A stretch of DNA of 64,000 bases from contig JAKEEG010000012.1 of NCBI GenBank assembly GCA_022616555.1, positions 8,263-72,262 on the forward strand, read 5' to 3'. The notes under the pieces are model-generated. The model made no database searches, was not told the origin of the DNA, and saw nothing but the letters and a program-made list of their open reading frames with translations. Origin of the DNA: Ignavibacteriota bacterium (lineage in GTDB: Bacteria; Bacteroidota; Ignavibacteria; UBA10030). Made by a program: the position numbers and the translations under genes. This document shows positions 38,773 to 47,146 of this stretch, piece by piece; positions within the stretch are counted from its first letter, which is position 1; each line of letters begins with the position of its first letter.

Positions 38773-38886
38773 ATGCTTTCAAGAATACGAAATCGCATCG
38801 AAACGACTGCAGCAAAATTAACGGACGGTCACGTCTCCCTCCTACTGTTCCTCGGCTATGTTGCCCTGAGTCTCGTAAAGATATGA
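38773..38886 (+). CDS. 37-aa ORF, probable out-of-frame N-terminal TM helix of the next gene
   Basis: MLSRIRNRIETTAAKLTDGHVSLLLFLGYVALSLVKI*. TGA overlaps ATG 38883. Confidence 0.45.
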   Translation: MLSRIRNRIETTAAKLTDGHVSLLLFLGYVALSLVKI

Positions 38887-40043
38887 GGGCATACCTCGAC
38901 TCAGGCCGTTTTTGGGCTGAAGAGGGCAAAGTCTTTTATGCGGACCTGGTCAATATGCTGTGGTACCAGAGTATCGGATATCTCTATAACGGTCATATCG
39001 AATTGATCACCAACCTTATCGTCTATCTTTCTACGCTAGTGAGTTTCGAAAATGCGCCTCTTATTACCACGTACGGCTCATTTTTTGTTCAATCAATCCC
39101 TGTTCTCTTTGTGATCATACAGAGAAAACATTTTGCCCATCATTGGTTAGGGATTATTGTATTTCTTTTCGTCATTCTCGGCTTAAGGCAGAGCGCCGAG
39201 GTCTGGGCAAATTCCGTTAACTTGCATTTTCATTTCGCGTTGCTGGCTGCCCTGGTCCTCGGCAAACCGTTGGTCGAAGAAACACCCGATTGGACATCAA
39301 GAATCCTGCTTGCGCTCTCGGGCTTGAGCGGGGTTCCTGCAAATTTCCTCACACCGCTCTTCTATGTTGCTGCCTACCGCGAAAGGAATCGAGAGAGGAC
39401 GATACAAGCATTCATTTTGTCGGCAACAGCCATACTCCAAATAGCACTGATTCTCACCCATCAATCGGCAATTGAAAGCCGATTTCTCTCCTTCAATATT
39501 CTTACCTTTTGCTCTGGACTCCTTTCTCAGCAGATGATTTCACCTTTTTTCCCGGCAAATGCCGCAAAGTACCTCATCAATGCTCTCAAGGACCTGCCTG
39601 GCTCTGGATTCGAAGGATGGTTGACGTTTTCAGTTTTCTTAGCTTTGTACGGTTGGCTATTGTCGTACCTTTACAGGTCGCGTTCCGTTGTGGCAAAGTA
39701 TCTTGGCGCAGGCGCTCTCTTGATGGCAATTGCTTCCGTGCTTACTTCTCTGGGCGATAAGTCTCTTATGCTCTCTCTCGATGCATCAGGAAGATACTTT
39801 TTCGTCCCCAATTGCCTTCTTTTCTTGGCGTGGATTGCTACGCTGCAACATTATCGGAAACCTGCGCTAAGAATTGTCATGTTCATCATCGTCCTTATTT
39901 TCGCGGATCGGGCAAATGCCTATATCCATGGCAAACCTTGGAAAACCGCTCTACAGGAATCAGTAGAACAAAACAAGGAAAGCGTTGAAATATGGCCCAC
40001 GGAATGGACAATGAAGAAACCGCCCATTACATCCAGACCATGA
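38883..40043 (+). CDS. Polytopic membrane protein, possible GT-C-type glycosyltransferase
   Basis: RFWAEEG acidic loop, Y.GHIELITN, EVWANSVNLHF, GRYFFVP. Many TM helices. Confidence 0.6.
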   Translation: MRAYLDSGRFWAEEGKVFYADLVNMLWYQSIGYLYNGHIELITNLIVYLSTLVSFENAPLITTYGSFFVQSIPVLFVIIQRKHFAHHWLGIIVFLFVILGLRQSAEVWANSVNLHFHFALLAALVLGKPLVEETPDWTSRILLALSGLSGVPANFLTPLFYVAAYRERNRERTIQAFILSATAILQIALILTHQSAIESRFLSFNILTFCSGLLSQQMISPFFPANAAKYLINALKDLPGSGFEGWLTFSVFLALYGWLLSYLYRSRSVVAKYLGAGALLMAIASVLTSLGDKSLMLSLDASGRYFFVPNCLLFLAWIATLQHYRKPALRIVMFIIVLIFADRANAYIHGKPWKTALQESVEQNKESVEIWPTEWTMKKPPITSRP

Positions 40044-40073
40044 CGCTCTGTAAACACATCAATATTGTGCGAA

Positions 40074-40116
40074 AATAAAGAATCCCAACCACTTCTCGTA
40101 GTTGGGATTCTTTATT
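40074..40116. terminator. Bidirectional terminator between the islet gene and the tRNA
   Basis: 16-bp perfect stem AATAAAGAATCCCAAC / GTTGGGATTCTTTATT. Confidence 0.85.
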
Positions 40117-40124
40117 AGAACTTG

Positions 40125-40197
<73 letters not shown>

Positions 40198-40212
40198 GTG
40201 TTTAGGATAGGC

Positions 40213-40241
40213 AATATACCAAGAAAACAACAGATAGTCAA
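40213..40241 (-). promoter_or_regulatory. tRNA promoter
   Basis: TTGACT (40241-36)-N17-TATATT (40218-13), about 15 nt upstream of the tRNA. Confidence 0.75.
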
Positions 40242-40303
40242 GGCATACCACACTATCCTTCTAACACTGCAGGAGGGAAAGCCCTCACAAATATCTGAAC
40301 ACG

Positions 40304-41674
40304 TTATTCTAACGCCAGCTTCGTGCCGGGAGCAAGCTTGCGTTTTCCGTCCGGCGTCTCTTTCTCCGTCACTTCCATCTTCAACTCCGTGAGTGTCGCG
40401 AATTCAGGGTAAGCAGACATCCCGTGTTCGCCGACATCAAGTCCCTCACGCTCTTCTTCCGCCGAGACGCGGATACCGAGAGTCACTTTCAAGATGTACC
40501 ATAAGATCAACGCAGCCGTGAAGACAAACACACCGACCACTGCGATACCGATAAGCTGGCTCATGAGAAGCGATGTTCCGCCGCCGAAAAATAAGCCGTC
40601 GCCCGTTGTGCCCGGTGTGAAGCGGTCTTCTGCGAAAAGCCCCAACGCAAATGTGCCGAATATACCGTTCACAAGATGCACAGACAGCGCTCCCACCGGA
40701 TCATCGATCTTGATACGATCGAAGAATAGTACTGCTGGAACTACTAACGCTCCGGCAATTGCGCCGATGATGAGTGAGCTTTCGACGCTCACAAATGCAC
40801 ACGGCGCAGTAATCGCCACTAAGCCCGCGAGGCAGCCATTTATCGTCATGCTCAAATCCGGTTTACCGAGCATTATCCATGCAAGAATGGTTGAACTCAA
40901 AATTCCCGCAGCCGCGGCGCTGTTGGTGGTGATCGCAATACGAGAAATGGATTCCGGGTCTGCCGCCATCGTGCTGCCGGGGTTGAAACCAAACCACCCC
41001 AGCCAGAGCACGAACGCACCAATCGTTGCCAGCGGCATACTGTGCCCGGGAATAGGATATACCTTGCCTGACACGAACTTGCCAATACGTGGACCGAGCA
41101 CAATGACGCCAGCGAGCCCTGCCCATCCGCCAACGGAGTGTACTACTGTAGAGCCTGCAAAGTCCCAAAATCCCAAGCCTGCAAGCCAACCCCCGCCCCA
41201 GATCCAATGACCCGTAATTGGATAAATCAACAGCACCAGAAAGAACGAGAAGACGATAAACGAGATATACTTTATTCGCTCGGCAATCACACCTGAGACG
41301 ATAGTTGCTGCAGTACCCGCAAAGACCAACTGAAAGAAAAACTTCGCGAGCAACGGTACAGTTGCCCACCCGATCGAGCTGTACACACCCTGATAGGCGT
41401 CGCCGGTCGCAGGGCTGTTATCTGCGCCGCCAATACCGAAGAGTCCTTCGGTACCCATGAATCCATTGCCGTCCCCAAACATCAATCCCCAGCCAAGAAA
41501 CCAGAACGCGAGAGACGAGATGGCGAACACAATAAAATTCTTCGAGAGGATGTTCACAGCGTTTTTCATTCTCGTAAAACCCGACTCTACCATGGCAAAT
41601 CCCATATTCATAAAGAACACGAGCATTGCCGTGAAGAGCACCCAGAGGGTGTCAAAAATTACCTTTTGGTCCAT
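40304..41674 (-). CDS. amtB: Ammonium transporter
   Basis: FFMNMGFAMVESG, DFAGSTVVH, WFGFNPGS, NGCLAGLVAIT, DDPVGALSVH (twin His present). Confidence 0.95.
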   Translation of the reverse strand: MDQKVIFDTLWVLFTAMLVFFMNMGFAMVESGFTRMKNAVNILSKNFIVFAISSLAFWFLGWGLMFGDGNGFMGTEGLFGIGGADNSPATGDAYQGVYSSIGWATVPLLAKFFFQLVFAGTAATIVSGVIAERIKYISFIVFSFFLVLLIYPITGHWIWGGGWLAGLGFWDFAGSTVVHSVGGWAGLAGVIVLGPRIGKFVSGKVYPIPGHSMPLATIGAFVLWLGWFGFNPGSTMAADPESISRIAITTNSAAAAGILSSTILAWIMLGKPDLSMTINGCLAGLVAITAPCAFVSVESSLIIGAIAGALVVPAVLFFDRIKIDDPVGALSVHLVNGIFGTFALGLFAEDRFTPGTTGDGLFFGGGTSLLMSQLIGIAVVGVFVFTAALILWYILKVTLGIRVSAEEEREGLDVGEHGMSAYPEFATLTELKMEVTEKETPDGKRKLAPGTKLALE

Positions 41675-41745
41675 TGTGATCTCCCAAACAATGAGTAATA
41701 GTTTGAACGAAGCATGTTTCTTTCTTTATTGAACTCAAACACCTT

Positions 41746-42825
41746 TTACAGATTGCAAAAGACTTCGAGCGAAAGCGTGCTGGAATTCTTTGCCGTTCCG
41801 GTTTTCTTGATGAATACCTCTTGATTGGCGTTGTCGAAACGGTATTCCACTCGGAATGTGATGCCATCGTATTTGAACGCAGGTACAACAGTGACGTTGT
41901 ACGCGGCGAGCCCGGGTGCACCCGTTCGTGCCCCTTGGTCGTCCGCAAAATACTCGGCTCGTAAGCCCAAATCGATCGTTGACGAGAGCGGGATAACCGG
42001 CTGGAGACCAAACCCAAACCACTTGGTATCAACGCCGCTGAATGTCTCGGTCCCATAGTTCACTTGAAAATTCAGTGCGATACCCGGAATGGATTTCGTG
42101 ACGCCCGTGAGATCGATGGAGTTCCGGGCATCGCTCGAATTCACCTGCTCGACACCATACGAATGTGAAATTCCGAACGCAAGCGGATCGCCAAGGTTGA
42201 ATCCAAGTCTTGAAATGATCGTCTTATCCGGGTTATTGTCAACCAACAGGTCCCAGCCATTCACGACACCGACCTTAATATCAAACGAGCCGGAAGGGAT
42301 AATATTCACAAAACCACCGACATGAGTAAATGCTTCAGCCAAGCCGAACAGATATCCTCGTGAAATTGTGGGATTTGCGGGAGATTCGATCAGTTCAATC
42401 CCCTGAAAGGTGACGAACTTTCCTCCGGTAAACGTCACCTGGTCGGAAAATGAATACACGAGGTATGCCTCTTGGACATCAACTGCAACCGGTGTAGCGC
42501 CAAGCCCCGTCTGGTGCAACAAACCGTGTACAGCTGCGTCGGTTCCAAAATCAAACTCCGCCACATAGCTTAATTTCTCTGACGGCGAACCGGATGCGAC
42601 GACATGGATATTATTCAACAAAATCTGGTTCGCCCTTGCGTCATAGGAACGCAGGGAGTTCGTCGTACCGCTGCTCAGATTATAATTATACGATGCATCG
42701 ATAAAACCTGAAAACGTCAATCCGCCCTCCTCTTGGGCGACTGCCGGGACAACTGCAACAAGCATTGCCGGAAGCACGAGGAGCACAACGCTTCGGCCTG
42801 CTGCTCGAAGAAAAAATGTCTTCAT
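41746..42825 (-). CDS. Putative outer-membrane beta-barrel porin
   Basis: Signal peptide, FSGFIDASYNYN, DVQEAYL, GGKFVTFQGIELIES, GLRAEYF, FRVEYRFD. Confidence 0.75.
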   Translation of the reverse strand: MKTFFLRAAGRSVVLLVLPAMLVAVVPAVAQEEGGLTFSGFIDASYNYNLSSGTTNSLRSYDARANQILLNNIHVVASGSPSEKLSYVAEFDFGTDAAVHGLLHQTGLGATPVAVDVQEAYLVYSFSDQVTFTGGKFVTFQGIELIESPANPTISRGYLFGLAEAFTHVGGFVNIIPSGSFDIKVGVVNGWDLLVDNNPDKTIISRLGFNLGDPLAFGISHSYGVEQVNSSDARNSIDLTGVTKSIPGIALNFQVNYGTETFSGVDTKWFGFGLQPVIPLSSTIDLGLRAEYFADDQGARTGAPGLAAYNVTVVPAFKYDGITFRVEYRFDNANQEVFIKKTGTAKNSSTLSLEVFCNL

Positions 42826-42867
42826 AAGCGCTCCTTATTTGTCTAATGATGATAGCAATGATACGCT

Positions 42868-43019
42868 ATCTCAAAAAGACCATTCATGCCTGCGGCTTAT
42901 CCTCTTGTTCGGGTCCCGAACAACGGGATAAGCCGGCGTCCTGTGCGGATTCCCGAGAAAAACGTTTCCCAAAGGTTTCTCCTTGGAACGGGAAAGACGT
43001 GAAATAAGACTTTTGAGAT
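42868..43019. other. Structured intergenic element between glnK and the porin
   Basis: ATCTCAAAA(A)G pairs with CTTTTGAGAT at the ends. Long inner hairpin 42893-42935 (CGGCTTATCC / GGATAAGCCG plus TTGTTCGG / CCGAACAA). Second stem region 42950-42995. Confidence 0.6.
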
Positions 43020-43027
43020 GACGACTA

Positions 43028-43402
<375 letters not shown>

Positions 43403-43410
43403 TCAGCTGC

Positions 43411-43439
43411 TTGACTTTCGCCGTCACCGATGCTATATT
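43411..43439 (+). promoter_or_regulatory. Consensus sigma70 promoter with extended -10, divergent from glnK
   Basis: TTGACT (43411-16)-N17-TATATT (43434-39) with TG at 43431-32. Same hexamers as the tRNA promoter. Confidence 0.7.
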
Positions 43440-43445
43440 CGCGAC

Positions 43446-43607
43446 GAGCAGGTTGAACGCAAAAAACGCCCGCGCATTGCCCTTGGGCAATGACGCTGTA
43501 TAGCATGCGGCCGTCAAAACGGTTGCACTGCGACAAAAGTCCTACCCCACGGGAACGCGCCCCGTTCACACGCGTGAGGTACGATTGGCGGTTGCCTCAA
43601 CTTGCTC
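43446..43607 (+). ncRNA. Candidate ~162-nt structured non-coding RNA of unrecognised family
   Basis: Begins 7 nt after the -10. GAGCAGGTTGA (43446-56) pairs with TCAACTTGCTC (43597-607). Four internal hairpins. Followed by TTTCTATT. Confidence 0.6.
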
Positions 43608-43700
43608 TTTCTATTACCGTTCTTCTTGTATTCCTTAATTTATTAAGGATTTATAGTATAATTACTTAACAATTAAAGTAATTTCTAATATCACATTCCG

Positions 43701-43729
43701 AATATAAGGTACCGCCAGAGCGTTGTCAA
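43701..43729 (-). promoter_or_regulatory. Consensus promoter pointing toward glnK, with upstream A-tract
   Basis: TTGACA (43729-24)-N17-TATATT (43706-01). T12 run on + (43733-44) is an A-rich UP-like tract on -. Confidence 0.7.
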
Positions 43730-43814
43730 GGGTTTTTTTTTTTTATTATTTTTTTGTCTCATACAACTACGTTGTTTATGTTAACTTATGCTTCATCCGA
43801 AAGGACAAACGACA

Positions 43815-44534
43815 ATGGATAAACAACAACTTCAGAGCGCTTTTATTACGGGATTCAGTCTTTTCCTTGGCTTGACCGTGCTCGGAATTCTCTTGGGCAA
43901 TGCCGCAGTCAGGTTCAAATCGTTCGAGCGCGCTGTCGTCGTCAAAGGCTTATCCGAGCGTGAGATTCCTGCCAACATCGTTATCTGGCCCGTCACGTTT
44001 CAGGACGCGAACAACAACCTAACCACACTGTTCGAATCGATCCAGAAAAAAAGCTCGCTGGTGATCGATTTCATGACCAGTCATGGCATTACGCGTGAAG
44101 AAATCACCATTGCTCCCCCGGCGGTGGTAGACCGCTACGCGCAAACCTACGGTAGCACCGAGCGCGTCAGCTTCCGCTACACGGCGACGTCGACCGTTAC
44201 GGTGTACTCAACAAACGTTGATCAAGTCCGGAAAGCGATGTCCGCTATTATCGATTTAGGGAAAAAAGGCGTGGCAATTTATGGCGAGGATTATCGGAAC
44301 AGGACGCAGTTTCTGTTTACGGGGTTAAACGACTTGAAGCCAGCTATGATAGAAGAAGCAACAAAAAATGCCCGTGCAGTGGCCGAAAAATTCGCACAGG
44401 ATTCTGAAAGCGAGCTCGGGAAAATTAAATCGGCGCTACAAGGACAGTTCTCTATTGATGATCGGGATGCTACCACCCCGCACATTAAAAAAGTGCGCGT
44501 GGTTTCAACGGTGGAATATTATCTTTCGGATTGA
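43815..44534 (+). CDS. SIMPL-domain protein
   Basis: N-terminal TM, VVVKGLSEREIPA, KPAMIEEATKNARAVAEKFA, QGQFSI, KKVRVVSTVEY. Confidence 0.82.
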   Translation: MDKQQLQSAFITGFSLFLGLTVLGILLGNAAVRFKSFERAVVVKGLSEREIPANIVIWPVTFQDANNNLTTLFESIQKKSSLVIDFMTSHGITREEITIAPPAVVDRYAQTYGSTERVSFRYTATSTVTVYSTNVDQVRKAMSAIIDLGKKGVAIYGEDYRNRTQFLFTGLNDLKPAMIEEATKNARAVAEKFAQDSESELGKIKSALQGQFSIDDRDATTPHIKKVRVVSTVEYYLSD

Positions 44535-44547
44535 CAATATACTGTGT

Positions 44548-46962
44548 TTACCGCTCTGAATCGAATTCCGGAGCGTCGTTACCCTCCCCGTTTTCGCGAT
44601 CTTCTCTCTCGAACTGATTGAGGCTGAAGCGAAGCGTCAGCATTACCATCGGCGATTCTCTCGTCTCAAAGTTGAACGTTCGAAAACCGGGTCCTTCGGA
44701 CGTAAACTCCTCCTGATTCATGTTCAGGATGTTCCGCATCTGGAGGATGGCAGAAAGCCGGTCGTTAAAGAACCCTTGTCGAATGGCAAAATCGCTTCTG
44801 ATCGATTCCTTTTCCCTTCCTTGCGCGGAAACCGTCGGGCTTTCAAATCGTGCGGAAAACTGGACTTCCGTAGATTTGCCCAGTTTCACGACGTTATTCA
44901 TCCGCAAACGCCAGTTAAAGCTGTGCTGGGAAAACGGTTCGCCAAATAATGAACCTTCTATCCGGTAATCGTATACGTTTCCCACGAGGTTGACATTCCA
45001 GCCCTTGTACACATCGAAATTCAGAAGAAATTCCGTTCCAAGCGAATAATCGCGGCCGATATTCTCAGGCACGCGCAGCGTCACGCTTTCTGCGTACACG
45101 GAACGAACTTGTTCTATTTTATTATGAGTGATGCTGTAATACAACTCGCCGGATAGCGAAACAGGCCCAAGGTACGTCTGAGCAGCAAGCTCATACGAGT
45201 CAATAAACTCGGGAATCAAAGCGGGATTGCCAATACGGACATTGTTGGCGTCGAGCCATGTAAAGAACGGCTCCATTTGCCAGCCGCCGGGTCTGTCAAT
45301 CCTGCGGGTATAGCTTGCCATAATTTGCTTCCCTTCGGCAAACTCGTAGGACGTGTGAACCGAAGGAAAATAATCCCACCGGTCGACTAAAAACTCCTGC
45401 CCGGTATTGGTCAGCCGCGTTTGATTCCGTGTGTACTCCGCTCGCATACCAAGCTGATACCCGAAGCTGCCGGCTCCGCCTGAATACAACGAATACAGCG
45501 CGTGTTGATTTTCTTCGTACTTCACGTCATGACTATATTGGGGAAGATTCTCATAGACTCCCGTATTCAGATTATACTCCGCCAGCCCGGTAATCTCGTT
45601 GGAAAACTCCACCTCTCCTTGGTATCCTGCTTCAAATTTGCTTACGTCGCTGAACGGCAGGACGTACTCAAATTTCGACTCCAGCTCGCTCGATGGTCCT
45701 CGCTCGGTCGTTCGCCTCCCGCTGGTGAGCGTCTGATCTTGTAGGAGTTCGCTCACGGTCAATTCATCGGAGTTCTCGCTTTCATACTGGACGTAACCAA
45801 CCAACTCATGTCCGCTTTGCGAAAACCTGTGCCGATAGTCGAGTCCCACTTCCGATGATTCGCCGTTTCTTCCGCGGTCGGTCGCGTTGGTGCGGAACAC
45901 ATGCTGGGGATTCGGTTCTGTCCATTCATCATAAAAAAATCGCGAGGTATTGCTCCAATCCCGCGTTCGGTACCTACCACTGACCGTCAGAAAATCGCGC
46001 TCGCTAAGGTTGAATTCGACTGCGCCGCGAACGCCGGAGAACCTTCTTCCTCTCCTGGTGTCGCCTGATGAATTTATAAACGAACTCGAATCACCGTAAA
46101 AATAACTTCTTTCTTCCTGTTCGGTGCCCGGGAAAAAGCGATTATTATAGTTCGCTCCGAAAAAGGCGTTATAATTCGAACTCTTGTATTCCAGCAACAC
46201 ATCACCGCCGTACTTATCATTCAAACCACCGTTCGCGTTAAGCATACCGCCAAACCCTGCGGCTGTAGCTTTCTTCAGCTTGATGTTAATTATGCCAGCT
46301 GTGCCCTCGGGGTCGTATTTGGCGGAAGGGTTGGTGATGATTTCGATGCTAGCAATGGACGTCGCGGGAATTTGCTGCAGCGCGTCCTGTGCGTCAAGAA
46401 TAGTCGGTTTGCCGTCGATGAGCACGGTAAAGTTACTCCGCCCGCGCAAGCTGACGTTGCCTTCGATGTCGACGGAGACCGACGGAATCGTCTCAAGCAC
46501 ATCAACCGCCGAGCCTGCAAGCGTGGTGTTAAGTCGCTCAACGTCGATCACCTTTTTGTCGATTTGATACGATAACGGCGAGCGCTGGCCTTCTACGACA
46601 ACGTCCTGCATCAGGATTGCTGTTGGAGCCAGCAACACATCATTGAGACGCACAGCAAGATTGCTCTCGCTCATTACGATGGCGTCAATCAATTGCCGTT
46701 CGTATCCCACAAACTGAATGGTAAGATAGTACCTGCCCACAGGGATGTTGGCAAGCTCGAAAACGCCGCTAGCGTTGGTAATCGTCCCGGTAACCTGCGT
46801 GCTGTCCACCGATTGGAACAAAACAATATTGGCATATTCCATCGGCTTGCCGGAATTGGCGTCGATGACCTTGCCGGTTATTGTGCCGCGAATATCCTGT
46901 GATACTGCTGTAAAAGTGAGTGTCAACAGCAACCCATACGATATGAAAAAGTGCTTCATCAT
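44548..46962 (-). CDS. TonB-dependent receptor / outer-membrane beta-barrel family protein
   Basis: Carboxypeptidase-like N-terminus, IDKKVIDV, GNVSLRG, IEIITNPSAKYDPEGTAGIINI, SYTRRIDRP. Confidence 0.88.
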   Translation of the reverse strand: MMKHFFISYGLLLTLTFTAVSQDIRGTITGKVIDANSGKPMEYANIVLFQSVDSTQVTGTITNASGVFELANIPVGRYYLTIQFVGYERQLIDAIVMSESNLAVRLNDVLLAPTAILMQDVVVEGQRSPLSYQIDKKVIDVERLNTTLAGSAVDVLETIPSVSVDIEGNVSLRGRSNFTVLIDGKPTILDAQDALQQIPATSIASIEIITNPSAKYDPEGTAGIINIKLKKATAAGFGGMLNANGGLNDKYGGDVLLEYKSSNYNAFFGANYNNRFFPGTEQEERSYFYGDSSSFINSSGDTRRGRRFSGVRGAVEFNLSERDFLTVSGRYRTRDWSNTSRFFYDEWTEPNPQHVFRTNATDRGRNGESSEVGLDYRHRFSQSGHELVGYVQYESENSDELTVSELLQDQTLTSGRRTTERGPSSELESKFEYVLPFSDVSKFEAGYQGEVEFSNEITGLAEYNLNTGVYENLPQYSHDVKYEENQHALYSLYSGGAGSFGYQLGMRAEYTRNQTRLTNTGQEFLVDRWDYFPSVHTSYEFAEGKQIMASYTRRIDRPGGWQMEPFFTWLDANNVRIGNPALIPEFIDSYELAAQTYLGPVSLSGELYYSITHNKIEQVRSVYAESVTLRVPENIGRDYSLGTEFLLNFDVYKGWNVNLVGNVYDYRIEGSLFGEPFSQHSFNWRLRMNNVVKLGKSTEVQFSARFESPTVSAQGREKESIRSDFAIRQGFFNDRLSAILQMRNILNMNQEEFTSEGPGFRTFNFETRESPMVMLTLRFSLNQFEREDRENGEGNDAPEFDSER

Positions 46963-47146
46963 CTCGCTGAAATCCTTATTCGATGTCTACATCAGTTAAC
47001 GATGCCCGGCTTTTTTGTCAAAAAACGGTGGTGTACAAATAAGTTCCGTGGAGGGGGAAACAATATTGTAATAAACGTTTCTTACTCAAAAAGGTTTCCC
47101 GCAAAAAAGGTTTCCGTAAGGATATTTGTGTATTTTCGATTCACCG

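Noticed and set aside
43475-43500. ANTAR twin-hairpin or glnA glutamine riboswitch upstream of glnK
   Set aside because: GC-AATGAC-GC fits an ANTAR loop but is single and on the wrong strand for glnK. The glnA-motif E-loop sequences are absent.
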